64,000 nt of DNA from an uncultured Gammaproteobacteria bacterium (lineage in GTDB: Bacteria; Pseudomonadota; Gammaproteobacteria; Steroidobacterales; Steroidobacteraceae), in NCBI GenBank assembly GCA_963731105.1, contig CAVSUM010000020.1, positions 2,943 through 66,942 on the forward strand, written 5' to 3'. The notes below the pieces were generated by a model. The model had not been told where the DNA came from, searched no databases, and worked only from the letters and a program-made list of their open reading frames with translations. Below, one piece after another: positions 42,221-51,012 of the stretch (positions are counted from its first letter, which is position 1; the number at the start of each line of letters is the position of its first letter). The position numbers and the translations under genes were made by a program.

Positions 42221-42622
42221 TCAGGCTTTCAGCAGCTCGAAGCCCGTCAGCTTCGCCGCTTTGCGGTCGAAGGTGACGGTGTACTCGCAGCCGGCGGCGA
42301 CGTTCGTCCGCGCGACCAGGCAGTCGACCAGGCCCGCTGCCGACGTCGCGAAGTCGGCGACCGCGGAGCGAACGTCCGCGGCGGACTCGATCTCGAGTTC
42401 GGCCACGTTGAGAAGAGACCGGAGAGCGGTCGCAATCTGCGAACGGTCGTAGAGATAGAGCCGCCTAAGAGCCCAAGCGGTCTCGACGACGACGACCAGC
42501 GAAACGAATCCTGGATTATCGGGTGAGCAATGCGTCGCGATGAATCGCTCGGCCGCACGCACCTGCGCGTCGTCGTCGCGGACGAGCAGGCGAAGGAGGA
42601 CGTTGGTATCAACCCCAATCAT
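42221..42622 (-). CDS. vapC: VapC (PIN-domain) toxin
   Basis: ORF 42221..42640 trimmed to MIGVDTNVLLRLL (ATG 42622). The acidic PIN residues are D(TN), E (VETAW) and D (DCL). Confidence 0.8.
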   Translation of the reverse strand: MIGVDTNVLLRLLVRDDDAQVRAAERFIATHCSPDNPGFVSLVVVVETAWALRRLYLYDRSQIATALRSLLNVAELEIESAADVRSAVADFATSAAGLVDCLVARTNVAAGCEYTVTFDRKAAKLTGFELLKA

Positions 42623-42869
42623 GGCCGAGTGCGTCCGCAACCGCGCCCCGCGCGATGGCCTCTTCGATCTCCTCGAGCGTTGCCTTGCGTTTCGGTGGCG
42701 GAAGAACTCCCTTCAGAGATGAGATGCTCTTGTTGATGGCGCGGAGTCTTGCGGTGCCGTCGTCCTCGACGATGAAAAGCACCCGGTCACCGGCTTTGAG
42801 GTTGAGCCTGACTCGCACGGCCTTGGGCACGGTAATCTGTCCCTTGCTGGTCATCCTGGCTTCGCTCAT
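42609..42869 (-). CDS. vapB: AbrB/MazE/SpoVT-fold antitoxin (VapB)
   Basis: ORF 42609..42869. MTSKGQITVPKAVRVRLNLKAGDRVLF is the swapped-hairpin signature. It overlaps vapC by 14 nt. Confidence 0.8.
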   Translation of the reverse strand: MSEARMTSKGQITVPKAVRVRLNLKAGDRVLFIVEDDGTARLRAINKSISSLKGVLPPPKRKATLEEIEEAIARGAVADALGHDWG

Positions 42870-42873
42870 GGCG

Positions 42874-42910
42874 CCTTACCTAGTGGGCTGTTCCTTACTT
42901 TAGTGTAAGG
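42874..42910. promoter_or_regulatory. possible VapB operator repeats
   Basis: ccttacctagtg (42874-42885) and ccttactttagtg (42893-42905) are direct repeats. The second forms the inverted repeat CCTTAC-N6-GTAAGG (42893-42910), just upstream of vapB. Confidence 0.35.
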
Positions 42911-43101
42911 CAGCCAAGATCCGGGCGCTGTCCTGCCTGGATCCTGCATCGCGGAGCACGGGGCGGCACGCTGCTAATTGCGCGGATTCATTGAGAAATG
43001 GGCCATGTCGACCGCCGCGGCATCCTTGACGGAGGTCGGCCCCTCGGGTCTAATTCCCGCCCTTCCAATGGCCCCGCCGTCCGGCCGGGCACGCCTACCG
43101 T

Positions 43102-43177
43102 GGCCAGGTAGCTCAGTTGGTAGAGCAGCGGATTGAAAATCCGCGTGTCGATGGTTCGATTCCGTCCCTGGCCACCA
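43102..43177 (+). tRNA. tRNA-Phe (anticodon GAA)
   Basis: GGCCAGGTAGCTCAGTTGGTAGAGCAGCGGATTGAAAATCCGCGTGTCGATGGTTCGATTCCGTCCCTGGCCACCA folds as a cloverleaf: 7-bp acceptor stem, GCGGA/TCCGC anticodon stem, loop TTGAAAA, and encoded CCA. Confidence 0.95.
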
Positions 43178-43511
43178 CTTCCAACTCGATGATTCGCATG
43201 CGGTTTCGGGTATCACCCGCGGACTAATTGGGGCCATTGATGGCCGACCTGCGGACTATCGGGAAGTGGGTGGGTGGTTCGACTCCTGGGCGGGGCGGGG
43301 GCCCGGGAAACTGGCGATCTGGGAACCTGGGGAGCTGGCGACGCAATGAAACCGGCTCGACCCCCGGGCGGCCCCGGTGTCCAGTTCGGCATGGGCTCGG
43401 TCGGGCAGCACGGTTCGGCCGGCCCGCCGAAAACTCGTACCTGGCCTTCGACTTGCTCTCGCCGAACCGTAGCAAATTTGACTGTATACGGCAGAGCCGT
43501 ATAATTGCCCG

Positions 43512-43832
43512 ATGTTCAGTTTCATCGAGACGCGGCTGTTTACCAAGCTCGTGCTCGAGTACCTGAGCGATCAGGAGTACGGCTCACTGCAGCAGGCTCT
43601 GATTAAGGATCCCGACGCGGGCCCAGTGATACCGGGCTCAGGCGGGGTACGAAAGCTCAGATGGGCTGCGCCGGGCCGAGGTAAGCGCGGTGGCTATCGG
43701 ATCATTTACTACGTCAAGAGGGCCAAAGGCGTGATCTGGCTGCTGACGATGTACCCAAAGAACGTTGCGGAGAACATTCCCGCGGTGGTGCTCAGGCGAA
43801 TTCGCCAGGAAGTGGATGATGGCCAAGGCTAA
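43512..43832 (+). CDS. HigB-2-type (Gp49-like, RelE/ParE superfamily) toxin
   Basis: ORF 43512..43832. FIETRLFTKLVLEYLSDQEYGSLQQAL...GSGGVRKLRWAAPGRGKRGGYRIIYYV...WLLTMYPKN closely parallels Vibrio HigB-2 as I remember it. Confidence 0.8.
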   Translation: MFSFIETRLFTKLVLEYLSDQEYGSLQQALIKDPDAGPVIPGSGGVRKLRWAAPGRGKRGGYRIIYYVKRAKGVIWLLTMYPKNVAENIPAVVLRRIRQEVDDGQG

Positions 43833-44091
43833 GCGAAATATCGGGCAAGAGATTCTGGACGGCTTGCGCGAACTCAAGGGCGGCGAGTACGGCCGCGTAA
43901 TCAACGTTCCGGACGTCGTCGGTATTCGAGAGAAGACTGGCTTGTCGCAGGCGCGCTTTGCGGCGCTCCTCGGTGTCTCGGTGCGCACTCTGCAGGACTG
44001 GGAGCAGGGTCGCCGCGCTCCGTCGGGTGCAGCCCGTACACTGCTCATGGTTGCAGATCGCAATCCCCGCGCGCTGCTTGACGTCGCCTGA
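43819..44091 (+). CDS. HigA-2-type HTH (XRE) antitoxin
   Basis: ORF 43765..44091 trimmed to MAKAKRNIGQEILDGLRELK...GLSQARFAALLGVSVRTLQDWEQGRRAPSGAARTLL. It overlaps the toxin stop. Confidence 0.8.
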   Translation: MAKAKRNIGQEILDGLRELKGGEYGRVINVPDVVGIREKTGLSQARFAALLGVSVRTLQDWEQGRRAPSGAARTLLMVADRNPRALLDVA

Positions 44092-44199
44092 GCAACCAAG
44101 GATCGAAGTCGACGGCTCGGTGGCACCAAGCGCCGCCAGCAGGCGGACATCGAGCGGGCCAAGGCATTGCACGCCGAGTACAAGAAGCGAAAGAGGTAA
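44092..44199 (+). pseudogene. 3' remnant of an HI1419-type addiction-module killer gene
   Basis: The frame directly after the higA-2 stop reads SNQDRSRRLGGTKRRQQADIERAKALHAEYKKRKR*, matching the conserved C-terminal GGxKxxQxxDIxRAK tail of these toxins. The first ~70 codons are absent. Confidence 0.55.
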
Positions 44200-44204
44200 G
44201 GAGC

Positions 44205-44537
44205 ATGGCACTCACTCGCGATTTCAAGAAAACCGTCGTCGCTCGAGTCGAGCGCGACCCCGCGTTTGCCAAGGCGCTCCTGGATGAGGCGGCAACACTA
44301 TTCCTGAGTGGCGAGCCTGAGACGGCGCGTCTCATTCTGCGCGATCTTGTGAACGCGACCTTGGGGTTCGAACAGCTGGCCAAGCTCACGGATACTCCGA
44401 GCAAGAGCCTTCACCGAATGCTGTCGCCCAAGGGCAATCCGATCATGGATAACCTGGCCGCGATCTTCGGCGCCCTAAGGAAGCGTCTCAAGGTGGGCAT
44501 CAAGGCTCATACGGTCGATTTGCGGAAAATGGCGTAG
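44205..44537 (+). CDS. HI1420-type addiction-module antidote protein (HTH)
   Basis: ORF 44205..44537. MALTRDFKKTVVARVERDPAFAKALLDEA...LAKLTDTPSKSLHRMLSPKGNP...LAAIFGAL is typical of the antidote partner of HI1419-type toxins. Confidence 0.75.
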   Translation: MALTRDFKKTVVARVERDPAFAKALLDEAATLFLSGEPETARLILRDLVNATLGFEQLAKLTDTPSKSLHRMLSPKGNPIMDNLAAIFGALRKRLKVGIKAHTVDLRKMA

Positions 44538-44544
44538 CACGACC

Positions 44545-44895
44545 GTGGCGCTATCGGAGTTTGAGCTGGCGCGGGTACAGCGGGCCATGGATGCCTTGAT
44601 GCAGCTGCGCCGGCCTCCGCCGGATGTTCGTCAGAAGCTGGACCTCGGCTTCCGCGTCACGGGGCAAAGCGTTGAGATTTTCGAGATCCGCCCCGCCTGG
44701 CGCGGACCGGCCGACGAGAAACACGAAGAGGCCGTGGCGAAGGCAACCTACGTGAGGACCCGCGGCGTCTGGCGAGTGTTCTGGCAACGTCGCGATCTGA
44801 AGTGGCACGGCTATGAGCCCAGACCTGAGGTGAACTCGATCGATGAGTTCGCTTCACTGGTGGCGGCGGATACGCATGCCTGCTTCTTCGGGTGA
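44545..44895 (+). CDS. DUF3024 domain protein
   Basis: ORF 44545..44895 (GTG start). VEIFEIRPAWRG...WRVFWQRRDLKWHGYEP...FASLVAADTHACFFG matches my memory of the DUF3024 pattern. Confidence 0.6.
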   Translation: MALSEFELARVQRAMDALMQLRRPPPDVRQKLDLGFRVTGQSVEIFEIRPAWRGPADEKHEEAVAKATYVRTRGVWRVFWQRRDLKWHGYEPRPEVNSIDEFASLVAADTHACFFG

Positions 44896-45041
44896 GCGGA
44901 AGAAGCCTGTGGTCGATCACCGCCGCTGGGGTTCGGAGTAGGCTCGGTTGGACAGGGCGGTTTGGTCGCTCCCGCGGAAACTCGTTCCCAATCTTCGGCC
45001 TACTCGGCATCAGAGTGTTGCATTTCAGGCCATCGCCCCTA

Positions 45042-45065
45042 AAATGACCAAGTAAGTGGTCATTT
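45042..45065. promoter_or_regulatory. perfect 9-6-9 inverted repeat, putative Phd/VapC operator
   Basis: AAATGACCA agtaag TGGTCATTT, ending 15 nt upstream of the antitoxin ATG at 45080. Confidence 0.5.
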
Positions 45066-45079
45066 GTGTGAATGCAGTC

Positions 45080-45322
45080 ATGTCGCAAATCAATCTTGCT
45101 GAAGCCAAGGCGCGCTTGAGCGAATTGGTCGATCGCGCTGCGGCCGGGGAGCGCATTGTCATCACCAAGCGTGGTAAGCCCGTCCTCGAGATGGTGAAGC
45201 CGCGATCGCCGCCACAGCGTATCGACCCTAAGGCCCTGCGCAGATTAACCGCCGGGCTGCCGCGGCAGAAGCAGGGTGCGGCCGAGGCACTGCGCGAGTT
45301 GCGCGACCAGGCACGCTACTGA
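45080..45322 (+). CDS. Phd/YefM-family antitoxin
   Basis: ORF 45056..45322 trimmed to MSQINLAEAKARLSELVDRAAAGERIVITKRGKPV, the canonical Phd/YefM N-terminus. Confidence 0.8.
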   Translation: MSQINLAEAKARLSELVDRAAAGERIVITKRGKPVLEMVKPRSPPQRIDPKALRRLTAGLPRQKQGAAEALRELRDQARY

Positions 45323-45750
45323 TGCAGTACGTCGATACCAGCCTGCTGGTTGCCGCGCTGCTCAACGAGAAGGGCACGGCGGTGGCACAGCGCTGGCTCG
45401 GCGACCAGCCCGCCGGCGAACTCGCTGTCAGCGACTGGGTGATCACCGAGTTTTCCGCGGCGCTGTCGATGAAGTTGCGCACTGGAGATTTGGAGCCGCC
45501 GCAACGCAACGAGGTTCTGGCGTTCTTCACCCGGCTGACGGAGGCCTCCTTTCATGTGCTGCCCGTGTCGCGCCAGGACTTCCAGACCGCGGCACGCTTC
45601 GCTGACCAGTACTCGACCGGTCTTCGTGCCGGCGATGCTCTGCACCTCGCCATTGCCTCACATCATGGCGCCAGTCTGTACACGCTGGACAAACGTCTCG
45701 TCGAGATAGGCCAGGCGCTTGGAGTCGATGCGGCGTTGGTTGGAGGCTGA
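45322..45750 (+). CDS. vapC: VapC (PIN-domain) toxin
   Basis: ORF 45322..45750. MQYVDTSLLVAALL...ITEFSAAL...AGDALHLAIA. The ATG shares its A with the antitoxin TGA. Confidence 0.8.
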   Translation: MQYVDTSLLVAALLNEKGTAVAQRWLGDQPAGELAVSDWVITEFSAALSMKLRTGDLEPPQRNEVLAFFTRLTEASFHVLPVSRQDFQTAARFADQYSTGLRAGDALHLAIASHHGASLYTLDKRLVEIGQALGVDAALVGG

Positions 45751-45816
45751 GCGTCCGACGTCCCCCCACTCTCGAGTAGTCGAGCTGTATAGAGCCTGAC
45801 GCCCCGCCTGACGCCT

Positions 45817-46107
45817 TCAGGCCGCCCTATTCGATGCGGACATTCGCTGGACCCGCGGTGGGCGTTTGCGCGCATGCCAGAGGTCGTGGTTCGTCTGCAT
45901 GTTTAGCCACATCTCGGCGCTGGTTCCAAGTGCCCCCTCGAGGCGCAGCGCCATCGATGCGCTGACGCCGGCACGGCCGTTCAGCAGCGCGGACAGAGCC
46001 TGCCGGGTAACGCCGAGGCGCTTGGCGACCTCACCGATCGAAACTCCCTCGGGGAGATACTCGCGGAGGACCTCGCCGGGGTGCGCAGGGTTGTGCATGT
46101 TGCTCAT
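45817..46107 (-). CDS. higA: HigA-family HTH antitoxin without an intact partner toxin
   Basis: ORF 45817..46107. MHNPAHPGEVLREYLPEGVSIGEVAKRLGVTRQALSALLNGRAGVSASMALRL. Only 83 nt separate it from the next gene. Confidence 0.8.
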   Translation of the reverse strand: MSNMHNPAHPGEVLREYLPEGVSIGEVAKRLGVTRQALSALLNGRAGVSASMALRLEGALGTSAEMWLNMQTNHDLWHARKRPPRVQRMSASNRAA

Positions 46108-46190
46108 GGAAGTTGCTTGTCAGTGGTAGTCGAGCTGCGCGATGAACCGGGACCTGCACGGCGCGTGCATCGAAAATTACCAGAGCATCC

Positions 46191-48119
46191 TCAGCGTGCT
46201 TGCGTGAGATTCCTCGTGCTGACCACCGGCAGTTCGACGTAACTCGCCTGCCCGGGCGCAAGCCAGATGCGGTGAGTCGCGCTGCGGTAAGTCGCGGGAT
46301 CGGCCTTGGCGATGCTCTCGACGAAGGTCTGCGGGTTGCGGTCGTAAAGTGGGAACCAGCTCGACTGCACCTGGACCATGATTCGATGCCCCGGCAGGAA
46401 AGTATGGTTGGCCTCGGGCATGCGCACCCGGTACCGCGCGACCACTCCTGGCTCGCTGGGCTGCGGGTGCTCCGGGCTCTCGCGATAGCGACCGCGCAGG
46501 ATGTCGGCCGACACCATGAGCTGATAGCCGCCCAGTTCAGGCTGGGCACGCACTTCCGGCGGAAACACGTCGATCAGCTTGACCACCCAGTCCGCGTCGG
46601 TGCCGGTGGTGGAGGCGAACAGCGTGGCCGCCACTGCACCGCTGATGCTGAGGGCTTCGGTCAACGGCTCGGTGACGAACACCAGCACGTCCGTCCGATC
46701 GGCGAACGGCCGCTGGTCGTCGACCAGCCAGCGGCCCCAGCTCGAATCGGCGTGATACATCGGTAGCACCGGTCGCACGCGGTAAGGCACCGGCTTCGCG
46801 GGATCGGACACATACTCTGCATAGGGCTGGGCGGCCGCAGCCGCGTCTGGCTCCGCAAAGCGCAGGCCGCCGCCCGGCTGCAGGTGCAATCGCGTGGCCG
46901 ACACTGCGCCGTCTGCTGGCCAGCTCTGCCAGGCGCGCCACTTCCTCTGCCCCGTGTCGAAGGCGAGGACCGGCGGGATCGGGCTCGCGGGCGCCTCACC
47001 CTTCAGGTGCAGGTTCCAGAAGGGCAGCAGGACATTCTCCCGAAACCACAGGCTGGTGTCGGCGTTCCACTTGAGCGCGCCCAGCTCCGAGCCCTCGCCC
47101 TGTGACTGCCCGTGGCTCCAGGGACCAACCACCAGGTGCACCTGCGTGTTGTCGACATCCTTGGCCTCCAGCGATCGGTAGGCCGCGATCCCGCCGAAGT
47201 TGTCTTCCTGGTCGAAGAGTCCGTGCACGACCAGCGTCGGCACCCGCAACGGTCGTGCGGCGAGGATGTCCTGCACCGCCTGGCCACGCCAGAACGCGTT
47301 GTAGGTCGGGTTGTCGACGACCTTGCGCCAGGTCGGCAGCGGGTCGGCCTTGTAGCGACGGGCGACCGCCTCGGCAGATCCGGCCGACAGGTAGGCCTCG
47401 TACAGGTCGCGGTAGCCGTACGGCACCTGATGGTCGCTGCTCTTGTTCGACCCCATCTCGTAGATCCACTCGAGCATGGTCTGGCGGAACGCGCCGTTGT
47501 GATAGAAGTCGTCGCCGATCCAGCCGTCGACCATCGGGTACATCGGCACTGCCGCCTTGAGCGCCGGGTGCGGATCGACGAGGCCCATCAGCGTGAGCCA
47601 GCCGCCGTATGAGACGCCGGTGAGCCCGACGCGGCCGTTGTTCCCCTCGACGTTCTGCAGCAGCCACTCGATGGTGTCGTACGTGTCGGTCGTGTGATCC
47701 ACCTTGCGGCGATTGAGTTCGCCGCGCAACGGCAGCGTCATCACGTAGTCGCCTTTGCTGTCGAACCGGCCGCGCACGTCCTGGTAGACGCGGATGTAAC
47801 CGGCCTCGAGCAGCGGCTCGTCGGCCGGCGGCAGCACCATCGCGGCGTGCGGACTGCTCGACTTGGTCGTGGCCTTCTTCGCCCCGTAGGGCGTGCGCGT
47901 GAGGATGATCGGCGCCGCCGTCGCGCCCTTCGGGATGACGACCACGGCGCGCAGCTTCACGCCGTCGCGCATCGGGATCATCACTTCGCGCCGCTCGTGG
48001 TCGAACTCCGCCGTGACCGGCGAGAAGTCCTTCGGGATTTCGGTCTGCGCCAAAGCGCTGCTCGCGACCAGCGTGGCCGCGACGACAACCAGCATCAGCA
48101 GCGGTGGTCCGGACTTCAT
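46191..48119 (-). CDS. CocE/NonD-family serine hydrolase (X-Pro dipeptidyl-peptidase S15-like), secreted
   Basis: ORF 46191..48119. It has a signal peptide, followed by RTPYG, VYQDVRGRFDSKG and GLTGVSYGG (nucleophile elbow GxSYxG), plus a C-terminal beta-sandwich region. Confidence 0.8.
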   Translation of the reverse strand: MKSGPPLLMLVVVAATLVASSALAQTEIPKDFSPVTAEFDHERREVMIPMRDGVKLRAVVVIPKGATAAPIILTRTPYGAKKATTKSSSPHAAMVLPPADEPLLEAGYIRVYQDVRGRFDSKGDYVMTLPLRGELNRRKVDHTTDTYDTIEWLLQNVEGNNGRVGLTGVSYGGWLTLMGLVDPHPALKAAVPMYPMVDGWIGDDFYHNGAFRQTMLEWIYEMGSNKSSDHQVPYGYRDLYEAYLSAGSAEAVARRYKADPLPTWRKVVDNPTYNAFWRGQAVQDILAARPLRVPTLVVHGLFDQEDNFGGIAAYRSLEAKDVDNTQVHLVVGPWSHGQSQGEGSELGALKWNADTSLWFRENVLLPFWNLHLKGEAPASPIPPVLAFDTGQRKWRAWQSWPADGAVSATRLHLQPGGGLRFAEPDAAAAAQPYAEYVSDPAKPVPYRVRPVLPMYHADSSWGRWLVDDQRPFADRTDVLVFVTEPLTEALSISGAVAATLFASTTGTDADWVVKLIDVFPPEVRAQPELGGYQLMVSADILRGRYRESPEHPQPSEPGVVARYRVRMPEANHTFLPGHRIMVQVQSSWFPLYDRNPQTFVESIAKADPATYRSATHRIWLAPGQASYVELPVVSTRNLTQAR

Positions 48120-48372
48120 CTTCAGCGCCTCATGTGCGCCAGAACCGCTGGCGCGCGTCGCGAGACGATACAGGCTATCCCGGGGTCCGTGCTGATTTCA
48201 GCAGGGGGCGAATCGAGCCGTCGCATCGCGTGAACCCGCGCGAACTTCGTTGCCGACATCCACGATACGAACGTCCGCTGCACTGGCGGACACTGATCGT
48301 ACGATCAGGTCCTGGCCGATTGGAATGCCTGGGCCTGCTCGTCGGATTGGAGCGCACCGAGGAGGGATTCTC

Positions 48373-50143
48373 ATGTGGTCGCGGTTCCCTCGCATCCTTG
48401 TCATTGGCGTAGCGTCCCTCGTGCTGTCCGCCTGTGGCGGTGGCGGAGGTGGTGACCACGAGGCGCCTCCTGCGCCGACCTCCATCTCAATCGTGTCTGG
48501 AAACAACCAGACTGGCATTGCCGGATCGACATTGCCGGCAGCACTCGTCGTTTCCGTGAAGGACGCCGCAGGCCGTGCGGTCGCCGGCGCGACGGTCAGT
48601 TGGGCCGTCGTTGCGGGCGGGGGGTCGGTAACGCCCACCGCCAGTACGACGGACAGCGCGGGTCTCGCCACGACGAACTGGACACTTGGCACGGCGGCCG
48701 GCGCGAATCGTGTGACTGCAACCTCGGGCACGCTGCCCGCGGTCGCATTTGATGCGACGGCGACGGCGGCCGTGACGGCCAGCGTCACCGTGTCGAGTCC
48801 GGTCGAGAAAATCTACGAAGGCGACACCGTGCAGCTCACCGCGATTGCGAAGGACGCGGCGGGCAACGTGCTCTCGGGGAAGACCGTCGCCTGGTCGAGT
48901 GGTGACCAAGACACGCTTCCCGGTGTCGGCCGCAGGCTTGCTGAATACGTGGGGCTACGGTGTTGCGAACGTGACCGCGACTATCGACGGAATCGCGGGC
49001 AACGCCCTTCTTTCGGTCGATCCGATCAACCTCACTGTAGCCGTCGGGAAAAAGGAGGTCGTGTTCGATTACACGACCGATCGCTGCGAGGAACTCGACC
49101 TGCCGGACCTCCCGACTCGCATGGTGCGCGCCGAAGACGGCAGCCTGGTTTACTTCGCGGGCAACGCACCGCGCGTGTACGCGAGCCGCGGCGCTGATTT
49201 CAATTCCCTGAAGCGCGACTGCAGCCAGCCGGTGCTGGTGTCGGCCGACCGACGAACGCCCGAGTCCTACGAGAACTGGGAGTGGATCTGGAGCGTGTAC
49301 CGCGTCGGCAGCACCTGGCACGCATTGGTGCACAACGAGTATCACGACACCTTCGCGAGCACCTGCGACCCGGGCAACCCGTCACCCAGCAACCCGTGCT
49401 GGTACAACTCGGTGACTCATGCCGTATCTACCGACGGGGGCCACACGTTCACCAAGCCGCTGGCGCCGGCGCACGTCATCGCGCCGGCCGTCGAGGTCTG
49501 GACGCCGCCGACACAGATGCCGACGCAGAGCTTCCCAATCGGTTTCGTGGGTGGTCCGATTATCCGGCACACCGACGGCTACTACTACGCGATCGTCAAC
49601 CTGCACACGAGTACGACCGCGCCGACGTACAACTACGTCTGCCTGATTCGAACCGACGACCTTGACGATCCGTCCAGCTGGCGTGCCTGGGACGGCAGCG
49701 GCTTCAGTCTGCGGATGGCGAGCCCGTACGTGACCGGCGTGCCCGGATCCGTGTGTCCGTCCCTGAGCCAGATGTGGAATTACGCGTCGCTCTCGCATAG
49801 CACGTATCTCGATCGGTACGTCGGGCTCGGCAACGGCTTCACCTACATCGGCGGTCGGGGAGTCTGTGGCATCTACCTTCAGCTGTCCTCCGACCTGATC
49901 CACTGGAGCCGGGCGACGCTCGTTGTCGAAGCCAGCCTCCGGGATTGCCCGGCTGACCCGGGCGCGCCGGGGGTGCTGGAGCCGGTGGAGGTGATCTTCC
50001 CCACGTTCATCGACCACGCGGACACGTCCGTGAACTTCGAGAACATCGGGCAGACGCCGTACCTGTATTACGTGCGCTTCACCGACGGGATCCTGGACCG
50101 TGATGTCGTGCGCGTGCCTGTGACCTTCACGCGCACGAACTGA
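48373..50143 (+). pseudogene. lipoprotein with two Ig-like (Big-type) repeats and a C-terminal Asp-box-containing domain, one frame break
   Basis: ATG 48373 follows GGAGGG. The lipobox is LVLSAC followed by GGGGGG. There are two ~90-aa repeats (SGNNQTG...VSWAVVAGGG; VQLTAIAKDAAGNVL). After a break near 48905 the protein continues in ORF 48845..50143, which contains VSTDGGHTF (SxDxGxTF Asp-box). Confidence 0.6.
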
Positions 50144-50152
50144 GCAAGACCG

Positions 50153-50473
50153 CTACGCTGCTTGATGATTCGCTGGCTTTATGCGCGCCAAAGCCTTGGT
50201 CTTTTTCAGGACTGCTCGTGCCTGCCAAAGATCATAAGCCGTCTGCTGGGCAAGCCACATCTCTGCTGCACCACCGCGATCACGTCCGAGCCAACGCTCG
50301 ATGCGCAGCGCCATCGCGGGGCTGATCGCAGCCCGGCCGTTGAGTAACTTCGAGAGGGTGGTGCGATCCACGCCCAGCTGAGACGCCGCCTCGCCCACCT
50401 GCAGGCCAAGGGCCGGCAGCACATCGTCCCGCAGAGTCAGGCCGGGATGGGGGGGGTTGTGCATCTCGCTCAT
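50153..50473 (-). CDS. higA: HigA-family HTH antitoxin
   Basis: ORF 50153..50524 trimmed to MSEMHNPPHPGLTLRDDVLPALGLQVGEAASQLGVDRTTLSKLLNGRAAISPAMALRIE. Confidence 0.8.
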   Translation of the reverse strand: MSEMHNPPHPGLTLRDDVLPALGLQVGEAASQLGVDRTTLSKLLNGRAAISPAMALRIERWLGRDRGGAAEMWLAQQTAYDLWQARAVLKKTKALARIKPANHQAA

Positions 50474-50480
50474 GGGAACC

Positions 50481-50759
50481 TCAGTGGTAATCCTGGTAAT
50501 CGACGAATTCCGCGTCGCCGTCAATAAATGTGAAGGTCAGCCGCCAGTTTCCGCTGACACTGATGCTCCAGTGGCTGGACAATCTTCCCTTGAGGGGATG
50601 CAATCCCCAGCCGGGGACGTTCATGTCAGACGGTTGTCTTGCCACGTTGAGCGCCGCGAGTTGTCGCGCCAATCGGGGCGCATGCGCTGCCTGGATACCA
50701 GCCTTACTGCCGGTCCTGAAGAATCTCTCGACGCCCTTGTGCCGAAAAGACCGTATCAT
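50481..50759 (-). CDS. higB: HigB-type (RelE/ParE superfamily) toxin
   Basis: ORF 50481..50759. MIRSFRHKGVERFFRTGSKAGIQAAHAPRL...LKGRLSSHWSISVSGNWRLTFTFIDGDAEFVDYQDYH. Confidence 0.8.
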   Translation of the reverse strand: MIRSFRHKGVERFFRTGSKAGIQAAHAPRLARQLAALNVARQPSDMNVPGWGLHPLKGRLSSHWSISVSGNWRLTFTFIDGDAEFVDYQDYH

Positions 50760-50799
50760 GGACCAAGTGTAGCGTGTGGCGCCACACTCTACAAGCGTG

Positions 50800-51012
50800 A
50801 TATTGGTACTGCATTACGTACGACGTCCCCCAGTTGTTGAGGAGTGGGACGGTTCAGAGTCTAACGTCCTGGACTTTTCGAGCTATGCCGGAAATGGCAT
50901 GCTCAATAGCCCCGGCAACGTGCTCCTGAATCTCAAGATCGGACTGATGTTCATCGACTTCGGACAGCCACGACAACTGCGGGTCAACGGACTCGCGGCC
51001 ATCGATCGGTCG
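50800..51012 (+). pseudogene. internal fragment of a pyridoxamine-5'-phosphate-oxidase-like (split-barrel flavoprotein) gene
   Basis: The 5' part of ORF 50776..51672 reads VLDFSSYAGNGMLNSPGNVLLNLKIGLMFIDFGQPRQLRVNGLA. This matches the conserved YxGNxxxNSLGN...GLLFIDF...RLRVNG core of that family. The N- and C-terminal parts are missing. Confidence 0.4.

Noticed and set aside
43274-43286. GGTGGTTCGACTCC T-loop-like sequence after tRNA-Phe, considered as a duplicated tRNA 3' end (attR)
   Set aside because: The flanking bases cannot form a T-stem or acceptor stem, and the sequence does not match the 3' end of the adjacent tRNA-Phe.
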